Shown one piece after another: positions 10,281 through 19,473 of a stretch of 64,000 nucleotides of DNA. The position numbers were made by a program, and so were the translations under genes. A model generated the notes under the pieces. It made no database searches, was not told the DNA's origin, and saw nothing but the letters and a program-made list of their open reading frames with translations. Positions within the stretch are counted from its first letter, which is position 1. Each line of letters begins with the position of its first letter. Origin of the DNA: an uncultured Thermoproteaceae archaeon. GTDB lineage: Archaea; Thermoproteota; Thermoprotei; Thermoproteales; Thermocladiaceae. The stretch lies in assembly GCA_964575955.1 (NCBI GenBank), contig CAZNTG010000006.1, positions 512,001-576,000 on the forward strand, in the 5' to 3' direction.

Positions 10281-11162
10281 ATGAGTCTGTTTTGGGAACG
10301 TGTAGAGAAGAGGAGATTCAAAATTAAAGATATTGATCAATTGAAGAGTGTTGATGACGTATTTAACCAATACACAATAGAGGCACTATACGAACTAATG
10401 AATAGGGGAGTTATAGGTGATATTCATGGACCTGTAGCACAGGGTAAAGAAGCTAAAGTATTTTGGGGAGAGACACCTAAAGGTGAGGATATAGCAATAA
10501 AAATATTCTACACACTAACAGCACAGTTTATACGTGGTAGACAGAAGTACATAACCTACGATCATAGATTTGAAAATGTTAAAACTTCAAGCAAATTTAA
10601 ACTTATGGAAGTATGGTGTAGAAAGGAGTTTAGAAATTTAAAAATTGCATATGAAGCAGGTATTAGAGTACCAAGACCAATAGCATTCTACAGAAACATC
10701 CTAGTAATGGAATTCATATCTTACCAAGGTGAGAGAGGTGTACCAGCACCACTATTAAAAGAATGTCCACCAGACGATCCAGAAGAAGCATATAGAACAA
10801 TATTGAAATATGTAGAACGTGGATTTATACTCGGCAAGATAATTCACGCAGACTTAAGTGAATTTAACATAGTAAATACAGGTAAAGAATTAGTAATAAT
10901 TGATTGGGGATCTGCAATAAAAGTATCAGGACCTGAAACATACGAATTCCTACTTAGAGATATTAAAAATATTACAAGATACTTTGAAAAAGAACATGAA
11001 ATAAAAACATACGATCCTGATAAAGTCTTTAAAGTAATATTGAGAAGATTTGAATCATTTAAAAAACAGAGTAGAGACACTGTAGAAGAGAAAGATGGTT
11101 TTCTAATCATAGATGGTAAGACATTGATAGAAGAGTTAGAAGGTGAAGAGTCGAGTTCCTGA
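10281..11162 (+). CDS. rio1: RIO1 family Ser/Thr kinase
   Basis: GKEAKVF, AIKIF, WCRKEFRNL, IHADLSEFNI, IIDWG. Confidence 0.93.
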   Translation: MSLFWERVEKRRFKIKDIDQLKSVDDVFNQYTIEALYELMNRGVIGDIHGPVAQGKEAKVFWGETPKGEDIAIKIFYTLTAQFIRGRQKYITYDHRFENVKTSSKFKLMEVWCRKEFRNLKIAYEAGIRVPRPIAFYRNILVMEFISYQGERGVPAPLLKECPPDDPEEAYRTILKYVERGFILGKIIHADLSEFNIVNTGKELVIIDWGSAIKVSGPETYEFLLRDIKNITRYFEKEHEIKTYDPDKVFKVILRRFESFKKQSRDTVEEKDGFLIIDGKTLIEELEGEESSS

Positions 11163-11239
11163 TTTTTCTACGTTCTCTACATTCTTGGGGGGTGTTACCA
11201 AAAATTAGTAACACCCCCTGAGTTAATAGAGAAAAATCA
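11160..11239. repeat. Intergenic GC-rich inverted repeat (long hairpin)
   Basis: GGGGGTGTTAC (11188-11198) and GTAACACCCCC (11208-11218) form a perfect 11-bp stem, extendable to 15 bp with G-U pairs; outer arms TGATTTTTCT/AGAAAAATCA. Confidence 0.8.
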
Positions 11240-11257
11240 AAACCTGAAAAGATATGT

Positions 11258-11791
11258 ATGAGATGTATACTTAGAAAGGACGATGTTAAGATTGTTGTTG
11301 AGATTGGTGATCTTACAGAGTTTACTGGTGATGCTATTGTCAATCCTGCAAATACTAGACTATTGATGGGTGGTGGTGTTGCTGGTGTTATTAAGAGGAA
11401 AGGTGGTGATGAGATAGAGCGTGAAGCTATTAGTAAAGCTCCATGTCCTATCGGTAAGGCTGTTGTTACAGGAGCTGGTAAATTGAAGTGTAGATATGTT
11501 ATTCATGCACCAACTGTTGAAGAACCAGCTTCACCTTCAGATCCTGAAAAGACCTATCTAGCAACTAAGGCAGCACTTGAAGAAGCTAGAAGATTGAATA
11601 TTAGAAGCATAGCATTTCCACTCATGGGTGCTGGTGTTGGTGGTTTAACACCTGAAACATCTATAAGATCTATGGCTAAGGCATTTGTAGAATATGGTAG
11701 AGATATGGATATAAATGTCATAGTTTTGAATGAGGATGTTTTCAATAGGGTAATTAACGCACTTGTTGAAGATGGATGGATAAAAGAGTAA
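11258..11791 (+). CDS. Macro domain (ADP-ribose binding/hydrolase) protein
   Basis: GDLT, DAIVNPAN, MGGGVAG, VIHAPT, SIAFPLMGAGVGG. Confidence 0.93.
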   Translation: MRCILRKDDVKIVVEIGDLTEFTGDAIVNPANTRLLMGGGVAGVIKRKGGDEIEREAISKAPCPIGKAVVTGAGKLKCRYVIHAPTVEEPASPSDPEKTYLATKAALEEARRLNIRSIAFPLMGAGVGGLTPETSIRSMAKAFVEYGRDMDINVIVLNEDVFNRVINALVEDGWIKE

Positions 11792-11840
11792 TTGTGTAAT
11801 ATACCAAAGTTTAATAATCCTAATACCACTAAGTAGATAT

Positions 11841-12143
11841 GTGGGAGAGACAATAAGAATAAGACTACCTGCAGAAGGAGAAATGCTTGCTAAAGTACTA
11901 GAACTTCTAGGAGATGATCGTGTACGTGTCATATGTCCTGATGGTAAGATAAGGATTGCTAGAATACCTGGAAAGTATAGAAGAAAACTTTGGTTAAGAG
12001 TTGGAGATTACGTAATCATAGTACCATGGGACTTCCAACCTGACAAAGCAGATGTTATACATAAGTATGAGAAGAATGAGATACCAGAGTTGAGAAAGTA
12101 TTTAAAAGATCAAGTTGAAAAACTTGAAGAACTAACACTGTAG
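11841..12143 (+). CDS. eif1a: Translation initiation factor aIF-1A
   Basis: CPDGKIRIARIPGK, WLRVGDYVIIVPWDFQ. Confidence 0.96.
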   Translation: MGETIRIRLPAEGEMLAKVLELLGDDRVRVICPDGKIRIARIPGKYRRKLWLRVGDYVIIVPWDFQPDKADVIHKYEKNEIPELRKYLKDQVEKLEELTL

Positions 12144-12156
12144 TAAAATATCGAGA

Positions 12157-12681
12157 TTATTCACCACTTAAAGATTTTAGATATTCATCAATTAACCTTC
12201 TAAGTGTCTCAATACTAAATCCTAAATGTCTAGCAGCTTTTTCATAATCTTTATCATATATTTCCCAAACCTTATATGCAATATCTTGCATATATGTTAA
12301 TAATTCATCACTAAATTCATCATCAACATTACTAGATCTAAATCTATTCAAGATGTATGATAGATGTAGTATTGATATAGGTTTTTCATTAAAACTTTCT
12401 TCAACAAGTTTCAATATTGGTATAGGTTCAGGAATTTTAATATTAGCATTATACAACTCTCTAACTATAACATACCTCTTAACACCATCAATTATGTAGT
12501 AATCTCTATCAACGATTATTGGAGATATTATACCAATATTTTTAACACTCTCAACTAGATCTTTCAAGTTTTTAATAATATTTTCAAAATTATACCAATC
12601 TCTACGTCTTGTAGGTATTCTAGTCAACTTACACCTATTTAAGAAACCTTCGACATTCATAAGTTCAAACTCGAACTTCAT
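12157..12681 (-). CDS. ParB/Srx-like N-terminal domain protein with C-terminal HTH-like segment
   Basis: LVESVKNIGIISPIIVD...IIDGVKRY resembles ParB boxes; KAARHLGFS.ETL is HTH-like. Confidence 0.7.
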   Translation of the reverse strand: MKFEFELMNVEGFLNRCKLTRIPTRRRDWYNFENIIKNLKDLVESVKNIGIISPIIVDRDYYIIDGVKRYVIVRELYNANIKIPEPIPILKLVEESFNEKPISILHLSYILNRFRSSNVDDEFSDELLTYMQDIAYKVWEIYDKDYEKAARHLGFSIETLRRLIDEYLKSLSGE

Positions 12682-12764
12682 AATACTACATGATTTGAGA
12701 TGTGCTTAATATATTAATGCTTGAAGCACAATATCTAAATACTGAATAGTGTGATGTTAATGTT

Positions 12765-14150
12765 GTGAAAGAGGAAGTTATATCTATTGTAGATAAGTTA
12801 GAGAAGATTATTGAAAAATATTCAAAATCTGAGAAAGCTTTCATAGATATTCGTATTGAAGAGACATGGTTTAACTCTATTGAAAAAACTATAGAGGATT
12901 TAAGAGTTAGAGAGGGTGTTGATGTTGGTGCTGCTATTAGAGCATTTATAAATGGTTCTTGGGGTTTTATATCAACACAGAATCTAGATATTAAAAATAT
13001 TGAAGAATGTATAAAGAATGCTATAAAAATTGCAAAAGCTAGAAGTGGCGAATTGAAGATTGTTGAAGTTGATCCACTTAGAGATTATGTTAAATATCCA
13101 GTATCTATAAAGCCTGAAGATGTAGATCCTGAAGTTAAGGTTAGAGATATCTTAGAACTATTCAATACTATAAAATCTAGAGATTATGTTAAATCATGCA
13201 CAATAACATATACAGATGATAAGATTTGTAAGGTGTATATTAGTAGTGATGGTAGAGAGATAATACAGGAAATGTATTACTCATATATGAGAGTTAGCGT
13301 ATCAGGATTTAGAGAGGGTTTTCATACAACAGTTGTAGATTCTAAAGGATCTAGATATGGATATACAATATTTAAGAAGTGGAGTATTGAAAAGCTTTCA
13401 AATATAGTTCTTAAAAAACTTGAATGTCAACTATTTGGAACATTACCAAAAGGTGGTAGATTTACAGTCATAATGGCACCTGATGTAGTTGGAACATTTG
13501 TTCATGAAATATTTGGTCATCTTGCTGAAGCTGATATAACTATGAGTGGTAGTGTTGTTAAAGATTTGAAAAATTGTAAGATTGGCAGTGATCTTGTAAC
13601 TATAGTAGATAATTGTGATATTGATGATGGATTTGGAACATTTAAATATGATGATGAGGGAATAAGGACTAGAAATGCTATACTTGTTGAAAATGGAGTA
13701 TTTAGAGAGGTTATGGTTGATAGAGTATATGCAGCATCACTAAATCAAGAACCTACAGGTAATGCTAGAGCTGAAAGTTTTAGAGTTGCACCACTCATAA
13801 GGATGAGAAATACAATTCTACTACCTAGAGATTCAAAATTTGAAGAGATGATTAGAGATATCAAATTTGGATACTATCTAGTAAGTGCTAGAGGTGGTCA
13901 AGCAAATATTGATGGAACATTTCAGGTAGGTATTCAGGAAGCTTATGAGATAGTTAATGGTGAGATTGGTAGACCTGTAAGAAATATGTCAATATCTGGA
14001 AATGTTCTTGAAATATTGAAAAATATAACAATGGTTGGTAAAGATCTAGAAATTGACTATGGACTATGTGGTAAAGGTCAGATAGTGTATGTATCTGCTG
14101 GTGGTCCTCATATAAAGGTTGAAAATGTTCAAGTTGGTGGATATGTGTAG
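12765..14150 (+). CDS. tldD: TldD/PmbA family metalloprotease (TldD-like)
   Basis: FVHEIFGHLAEAD, YDDEG, TGNARA, IRMRNT, CGKGQ..VSAGGPH. Confidence 0.92.
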   Translation: MKEEVISIVDKLEKIIEKYSKSEKAFIDIRIEETWFNSIEKTIEDLRVREGVDVGAAIRAFINGSWGFISTQNLDIKNIEECIKNAIKIAKARSGELKIVEVDPLRDYVKYPVSIKPEDVDPEVKVRDILELFNTIKSRDYVKSCTITYTDDKICKVYISSDGREIIQEMYYSYMRVSVSGFREGFHTTVVDSKGSRYGYTIFKKWSIEKLSNIVLKKLECQLFGTLPKGGRFTVIMAPDVVGTFVHEIFGHLAEADITMSGSVVKDLKNCKIGSDLVTIVDNCDIDDGFGTFKYDDEGIRTRNAILVENGVFREVMVDRVYAASLNQEPTGNARAESFRVAPLIRMRNTILLPRDSKFEEMIRDIKFGYYLVSARGGQANIDGTFQVGIQEAYEIVNGEIGRPVRNMSISGNVLEILKNITMVGKDLEIDYGLCGKGQIVYVSAGGPHIKVENVQVGGYV

Positions 14151-14152
14151 GA

Positions 14153-14437
14153 TTATGCTAATCTATCTTCAGGTACTAGAATTTCACATCTAGTTCCAAG
14201 TGCCTGTCCTGGAAGTGGTCTTCTAAAGACTACTAGTAAATGTCCTCTCTCACTCCAAACTTTTCTAACAGTACCAATAATCTCCTTACCTGTCTTTGTT
14301 CTCCAAATAACTTTACAACCAACAAATTTTGACAATATTGCTCTATCTTCAACCCCCGGCACTACTACTATGACATTATCAGGATATGCATCTGCACCTC
14401 TCCTAAATGAGTATACTAGACCTATAACTTTACGCAT
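14153..14437 (-). CDS. rpl35ae: 50S ribosomal protein L35ae
   Basis: SFRRG, FVGCKVIW, G.VRKVW..RG.L.V.FRRPLPGQALG; the likely start is ATG 14437 (MRKVIG), not 14506. Confidence 0.9.
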   Translation of the reverse strand: MRKVIGLVYSFRRGADAYPDNVIVVVPGVEDRAILSKFVGCKVIWRTKTGKEIIGTVRKVWSERGHLLVVFRRPLPGQALGTRCEILVPEDRLA

Positions 14438-14462
14438 TGTTAATGTTGAAAGTTGAGTAAGT

Positions 14463-15152
14463 TTATAAGCTTTCACGTCTACAGGGTGGTCTTGTAACAT
14501 CTTCAACCTTTCTACCTAGTAGAAAGCAGTATCTTGTAGAAAATCCATAATATATACATTCTCCACAGTTTGTTGGCATTCCTCTACCAATTGTTGGAAT
14601 ATATACTGAAGGTCTACGTTGAACAGTCTCTACAGGTCTTTCAACCCTAAACTCTCTCCTCTCTCCTCTAATAACAGGCTTTGGTACTACGTGTTGAATT
14701 TCCTCAGTCTCATATGGCCTAACTTCAGGAACAACTTCACTAACTTTCTCTTCAGCTAAAATCTCCTTCTTAGGTTCCTCTCTAAGATCGATACCGAGAA
14801 CATTACGAACTTCCTCAATTATTATATTCTCCAACTCTCCAATCGGTATTAAATCACCTTCACATATCTTTCTACCATTTATAATAAGTGCTGGAAGTAC
14901 GTTTACATTGTCTAGTTTTAGATGTTCTATAAGACTTTTCAAATATTCGGGAGGCTCTGTCTCACCTTTAACATACTTATAGATTAAGTCTAGAGCTTCC
15001 TCCTTAACTTTAATCATTGTTAAGTTAATCTTATCAGGATCTCCACCTCTAACTCTAACCTGATCTCTAATACGTAACATCATCTCTCTTAACTTCTGTT
15101 CAAAATCTTCATACTTGCCTAAAATAGTGTAAAACTTGACTTGCACACTCAT
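14463..15152 (-). CDS. Hypothetical protein, thioredoxin-like fold plus C-terminal 4-Cys metal-binding motif
   Basis: LPALIING (Trx-fold cis-Pro-like motif); C-terminal CGECIYY...C...C. Confidence 0.55.
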   Translation of the reverse strand: MSVQVKFYTILGKYEDFEQKLREMMLRIRDQVRVRGGDPDKINLTMIKVKEEALDLIYKYVKGETEPPEYLKSLIEHLKLDNVNVLPALIINGRKICEGDLIPIGELENIIIEEVRNVLGIDLREEPKKEILAEEKVSEVVPEVRPYETEEIQHVVPKPVIRGERREFRVERPVETVQRRPSVYIPTIGRGMPTNCGECIYYGFSTRYCFLLGRKVEDVTRPPCRRESL

Positions 15153-15200
15153 TAATCAATATTTAATACTTGATGAATATATATCTCTACCTCTTAATCC

Positions 15201-15947
15201 TCAATAATTAGCTAAACTTTGAGTTAATACTACATCTTTCCTCTCCTTAGATATCTGCTTGAATATTCTATTAAGATATATCTTACGTTCAATAACTTCA
15301 CCATCTGGAACTACCTCATAAAATATTTGAGTTTCAAAAATTTGGATGTTGGTTACATTATTCTTCCCAACTCTATCCAAAATTTCATTAACTATATCTC
15401 CGATAGTTATACTAGACTTTTCCTGTAGTAGACTTTCAGCAATTTCAAGTTGCATATGTGGCATAACTATAAACTTACTGTCATTATTCAATGTTAGTAC
15501 TATCATATGATAACCAGGTATCAACACTCTACATAGTTCATCAATATCGACTTCTCTTCCTTCAGATATAAACATTATTTCTAAAACACAACTACCAAAT
15601 TCTGACTTATGTAATGGTGTTCTTCTAGGATCTCTAAGTGCTGCAGCTGTTGCAGCAGTCTTCAATGCTTCTAAAGTTGTTAATGTTGATGGTAGAATAC
15701 CCATAGAACCTCTAACAGTTCTTCTATACACACCATCCATTGTAGAATTTACAATCTTCTCAATAGTTACAAAAACTCCATATCTAGTAGACTTTAATTT
15801 ATATAAAACATCTTCAGGAAGATTGAAATCTTGATCATATTCAAACTCATTACCTTGTAAAGCCTTCTTTATAATACTTCTAGAGAATTGAATTATTGAA
15901 AAAGCTTCTCTAATATTGAAAGGTTTGAAAAATATCATCATCTTCAT
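15201..15947 (-). CDS. AMMECR1-domain protein (divergent)
   Basis: GVFVTIEK, RGSMG (canonical LRGCIG), AAALRDPR, FETQIFYE. Confidence 0.8.
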   Translation of the reverse strand: MKMMIFFKPFNIREAFSIIQFSRSIIKKALQGNEFEYDQDFNLPEDVLYKLKSTRYGVFVTIEKIVNSTMDGVYRRTVRGSMGILPSTLTTLEALKTAATAAALRDPRRTPLHKSEFGSCVLEIMFISEGREVDIDELCRVLIPGYHMIVLTLNNDSKFIVMPHMQLEIAESLLQEKSSITIGDIVNEILDRVGKNNVTNIQIFETQIFYEVVPDGEVIERKIYLNRIFKQISKERKDVVLTQSLANY

Positions 15948-16025
15948 GCATGTATACGTAACTAAGATTTAAAGCACAACATTCAAAACACTCACCTTAA
16001 TACTCTAATAAATATTCAGGTAAGT

Positions 16026-16628
16026 CTATAATAATCTAATCATGCATACTCTATCTAGAATACTAGTAACAATCCTGTCAACACTACACTTCATATTTAA
16101 CAACTTATTAATCCTATCTCTAATTTTAGCATGATGAGAACCTATCCAATAAACCTTACCACATCTAGTACATTCCCAAACATATCTAAACCTAGACGCA
16201 ACACTTCTAGGAATCTTATTTAAAACTTTAGAAACATCAACAAGTTTAAGAGATCCTCCACATGAAGTACAGTATTTAGGTACTGGTATAGTATCAGGAA
16301 TTCTATCTAAAACATCTAGTATAAATGTGAGTTGTATATCAAAATCATCACACGTAATCAATATTGACTTTAATTTTTTCCTAACTCTACATTTAAATAA
16401 TTCTACATCTCTAGTAATGACTATGTCCGTAATACTTAGGAGTGCTCTATCGTCAATGATGTTAAAAAATTCTGTCTTAACTCCAAGCATTCTTAACCAT
16501 TGAGCTAATTTTCCAAGCATTGAATCTACAATAATTTTAAAATCTTCACAATCTATACATATCTTCAAATTATGTGGATATGTTATACATATCTTATCAA
16601 TCTTTCTATTTAATATATCTATCTTCAA
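16026..16628 (-). CDS. Mut7-C PIN-like RNase domain protein (DUF82)
   Basis: VDSMLGKLAQWLRMLG, ITRD, CxxC...CxxCGKVYWIGSH. Confidence 0.9.
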   Translation of the reverse strand: MKIDILNRKIDKICITYPHNLKICIDCEDFKIIVDSMLGKLAQWLRMLGVKTEFFNIIDDRALLSITDIVITRDVELFKCRVRKKLKSILITCDDFDIQLTFILDVLDRIPDTIPVPKYCTSCGGSLKLVDVSKVLNKIPRSVASRFRYVWECTRCGKVYWIGSHHAKIRDRINKLLNMKCSVDRIVTSILDRVCMIRLL

Positions 16629-16639
16629 TATTTAATCAC

Positions 16640-18676
16640 CTACATCTTTACAATCTTCTTAATATCGTACCAATGTAGTACATTATTACTAGTATCTTCT
16701 TTAACTATTGTTGAATTTCCTGGAATATGAATTATTATATCTTCAGGTCTAACTTTTGGTGATATATTATACTTCTCTTTTATATATTTTATGATCTTTT
16801 CTCTAATTAATTCTGAACATCTATTTTTATCTATATTTCCTGGTTTTATAATTATGTAATATTCTGCTAGTCTAGATATTGCTTCTGGAGGTGCTGATAG
16901 TATTCTAATAATCTTCTTACTCTCATGCTCGTCTACTCTAACTCCAATTGCAAGTTCTAGAGGTACACCTCTAATCCATCTTCTCTCACCATATATCATG
17001 AAGCTTCCTTTAGATAGGTATTCTCCAGCAGGTGCTTCTTTACTAACCTGTTCTCCATTAACGTAGAATACGTCTATACTAGATGCACCTATAATCCAAG
17101 CTTTAGAATTTGCTGCAGCATATTTAGCAGCTTGATATACATCATCACTAGTTACATCACTACCGGTTGAGAATAGTATAACAACAGCACCTCCAGGTAT
17201 ATCAGCGTGAAAGAATAGGTCTCTCTTCCTCAAGTATCTCCTAACAATAGCTTCATTCTGTGAAGCATCTTTACCAGCAATAACGAGCTTATTGTTAGTA
17301 GTTATAAACCATTTAAATTTTTCAAACCATTCATAAACTCCATAAACAACTTCAACAGTCTTCTCTCTAATACTTTCTAAACTAATCTCAATTCTCTTCT
17401 TAAGCTCTTCATACTTTTTATACAAATCTTCAAGAGCCTTCTTAGCATTTTCAGCTTTCTTCTTAAGCTCTTTAGATTTATTAAACATACTCTCTATAAC
17501 ATCTCTAAGACTTTGATGTATAGGTATTTTAATATTTTCATTAAATATTTGAATAACTATTGACTTTTCCTGAGGTATGTATTGTATAATCTTTACATTT
17601 TCAAATACTATACCTCTAACAAGATCTTCAAAATCTTCTCTATAATTATTCCACAACTCTCTAATTTTTGTAAGTAGATCTTCTATAACATACTTATTTT
17701 CAAGTAGTATTCTACCTTTTCTTTGATATTCTTCAGCTTTCTCTAAATATTCATTTATAAGTTTTTGAACATCTTCGATACTCTTCTCAAGCTTTCTAAT
17801 CTCACTCTCAATCTTCGATATCTTCTCTTTCTCTCTTTCTTCAAACTCTATCTTTCTAAAATACTCATCTACTGCTTCATTAAAACTTTTGAATATTATT
17901 GGTCTATACTTTTCTTCATATATTAGAAGTTTTATTGGAGTTACAGTGATGTAATTACCACTACTTTCATCAATATATATTCTTGGTTCAATTTTTCTAT
18001 CAATAACCTCTCTAAATATTTCTCTAATTCTCTCTAAAATTTTTATATAGTCATATTTAGATTCTAGATTTTCTATACCCTCTCTCTTACATGCTTCTCT
18101 AACAATATCTACAGGTATTCCTAAAACTCTAGATATTGCTCTAATCTTATCCTTAACTTCACATCTCTCTAATTCAGCTAGATATGCCTCAATACTACAG
18201 TTAAATAGATCTAGGAAGTTTCTTGGTGGTGGTACGTATTTTAGACCTATATGAATTTTTCTATCTTTTCCTTCATACTTATGTAAACACCATCTTATCT
18301 TTCCTTCAGAATCTATGAGTATTATATTTGTTGGTTCTATAAGTTCAAATATTAATTCTTGACCTGAACTTAATTTTAGATGTATTATTCTATCTATTCT
18401 AGGCATGTATAAATCTTCTATTCTACATCTCTCAACTAGGTTCTTTAAAATAGGATCTCTTTTTCTATCTTCTTCAACTATGTATCTAGTAATTCCAATT
18501 CTATGTTTTGTAAAAATTAGAAAATACTTTTCAACCTCTGTCTTAATTCTTAGTAGAAGTCCTGTATCTTCTCTATATACCTTATCTATAAATTTTCCAA
18601 CTACAATATCTCTAAGTTCCTGTACTAGTGCTAGTATGTCGAGAATGTTTAGACTTTTCTTAGGTTTTAATGACAC
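16640..18676 (-). CDS. rqcH: Ribosome quality control protein Rqc2/NEMF (RqcH, NFACT)
   Basis: EWFEKFKWF, GKDASQNE, FHADIPGG, QVSKEAPAGEYL.KGSFMIYG; probable start GTG 18676, about 25 nt after TATA 18702-18709. Confidence 0.92.
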   Translation of the reverse strand: MSLKPKKSLNILDILALVQELRDIVVGKFIDKVYREDTGLLLRIKTEVEKYFLIFTKHRIGITRYIVEEDRKRDPILKNLVERCRIEDLYMPRIDRIIHLKLSSGQELIFELIEPTNIILIDSEGKIRWCLHKYEGKDRKIHIGLKYVPPPRNFLDLFNCSIEAYLAELERCEVKDKIRAISRVLGIPVDIVREACKREGIENLESKYDYIKILERIREIFREVIDRKIEPRIYIDESSGNYITVTPIKLLIYEEKYRPIIFKSFNEAVDEYFRKIEFEEREKEKISKIESEIRKLEKSIEDVQKLINEYLEKAEEYQRKGRILLENKYVIEDLLTKIRELWNNYREDFEDLVRGIVFENVKIIQYIPQEKSIVIQIFNENIKIPIHQSLRDVIESMFNKSKELKKKAENAKKALEDLYKKYEELKKRIEISLESIREKTVEVVYGVYEWFEKFKWFITTNNKLVIAGKDASQNEAIVRRYLRKRDLFFHADIPGGAVVILFSTGSDVTSDDVYQAAKYAAANSKAWIIGASSIDVFYVNGEQVSKEAPAGEYLSKGSFMIYGERRWIRGVPLELAIGVRVDEHESKKIIRILSAPPEAISRLAEYYIIIKPGNIDKNRCSELIREKIIKYIKEKYNISPKVRPEDIIIHIPGNSTIVKEDTSNNVLHWYDIKKIVKM

Positions 18677-18713
18677 TTCAACTATGTTGTATATATTCAA
18701 TTTTTAAAAGTTA

Positions 18714-18775
18714 GGTGACAAGGGGGACCTGACAAGCCTACTCATTCAGGGGTTTACACCCCTGTCGTAGGCCAT
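18714..18775 (-). ncRNA. K-turn hairpin sRNA (candidate atypical H/ACA-like pseudouridylation guide)
   Basis: GGCCUAC-GA-CAGGGGU-GUAA-ACCCCUG-AAU-GA-GUAGGCU forms a canonical K-turn capped by a GNRA loop; GC-rich 3' tail; own TATA box near 18799-18805. Confidence 0.75.
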
Positions 18776-18845
18776 TTCTATGATTCTCTTTCTAATGTTA
18801 AAAATCTTATTGCGTAAATAGTGTTTAAGATAGTTTGATATAGGT

Positions 18846-19394
18846 ATGGAGTATAGTGAAGCTCTTGATCTTGTTAAGAGGTATGTCAAGAATGAGAAGT
18901 TGATTAAGCATATGATTGCTGTTAGTGCAATTATGGAAAAGCTTGCAGAAGTTTTAAATGAAGATTCAAAACTTTGGAAGCTTGTAGGTCTTCTACACGA
19001 TATTGATTATGAGTTAACTCAAAATGACTTTTCAAAACATGGTATATTAGCTGTTGAAATTTTGAAAGATAAGCTTCCTGAAAATGCTCTAAGTGCTATA
19101 AAGGCTCATAATGAGATGACTGGTCATAAGGATGATTCTAAGCTAGCTATTGCACTTAGAGCTGCAGATGCTGTATCTGGACTTATAGTTGCAACTGCAC
19201 TAGTCATGCCTAATAAGAAGGTTAGTGAGGTTAAAGTTGAGACATTGTTAAAGAAGTTTAAGCAGAAAGATTTTGCTAGAGGTGTTAAGAGAGATAGAAT
19301 TTTAGAATGTGAAAAACTTGGAATTAGTCTTGAAGAATTTCTAAGAATAGCGTTAGAAGCTGTCAAAAATGTATCTCCTGAATTAGGACTCTAG
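18846..19394 (+). CDS. HD-domain (HDIG) metal-dependent phosphohydrolase
   Basis: KHMIAV, GLLHDIDYE, KHG, IKAHN, ADAVSGLI. Confidence 0.9.
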   Translation: MEYSEALDLVKRYVKNEKLIKHMIAVSAIMEKLAEVLNEDSKLWKLVGLLHDIDYELTQNDFSKHGILAVEILKDKLPENALSAIKAHNEMTGHKDDSKLAIALRAADAVSGLIVATALVMPNKKVSEVKVETLLKKFKQKDFARGVKRDRILECEKLGISLEEFLRIALEAVKNVSPELGL

Positions 19395-19473
19395 AATGAT
19401 GCTTTTAGTAGCATGAAATTCACCTAGCCTTGATTATTAAAAATGGGTACAACAAACTATAGGTCAAGAGACT

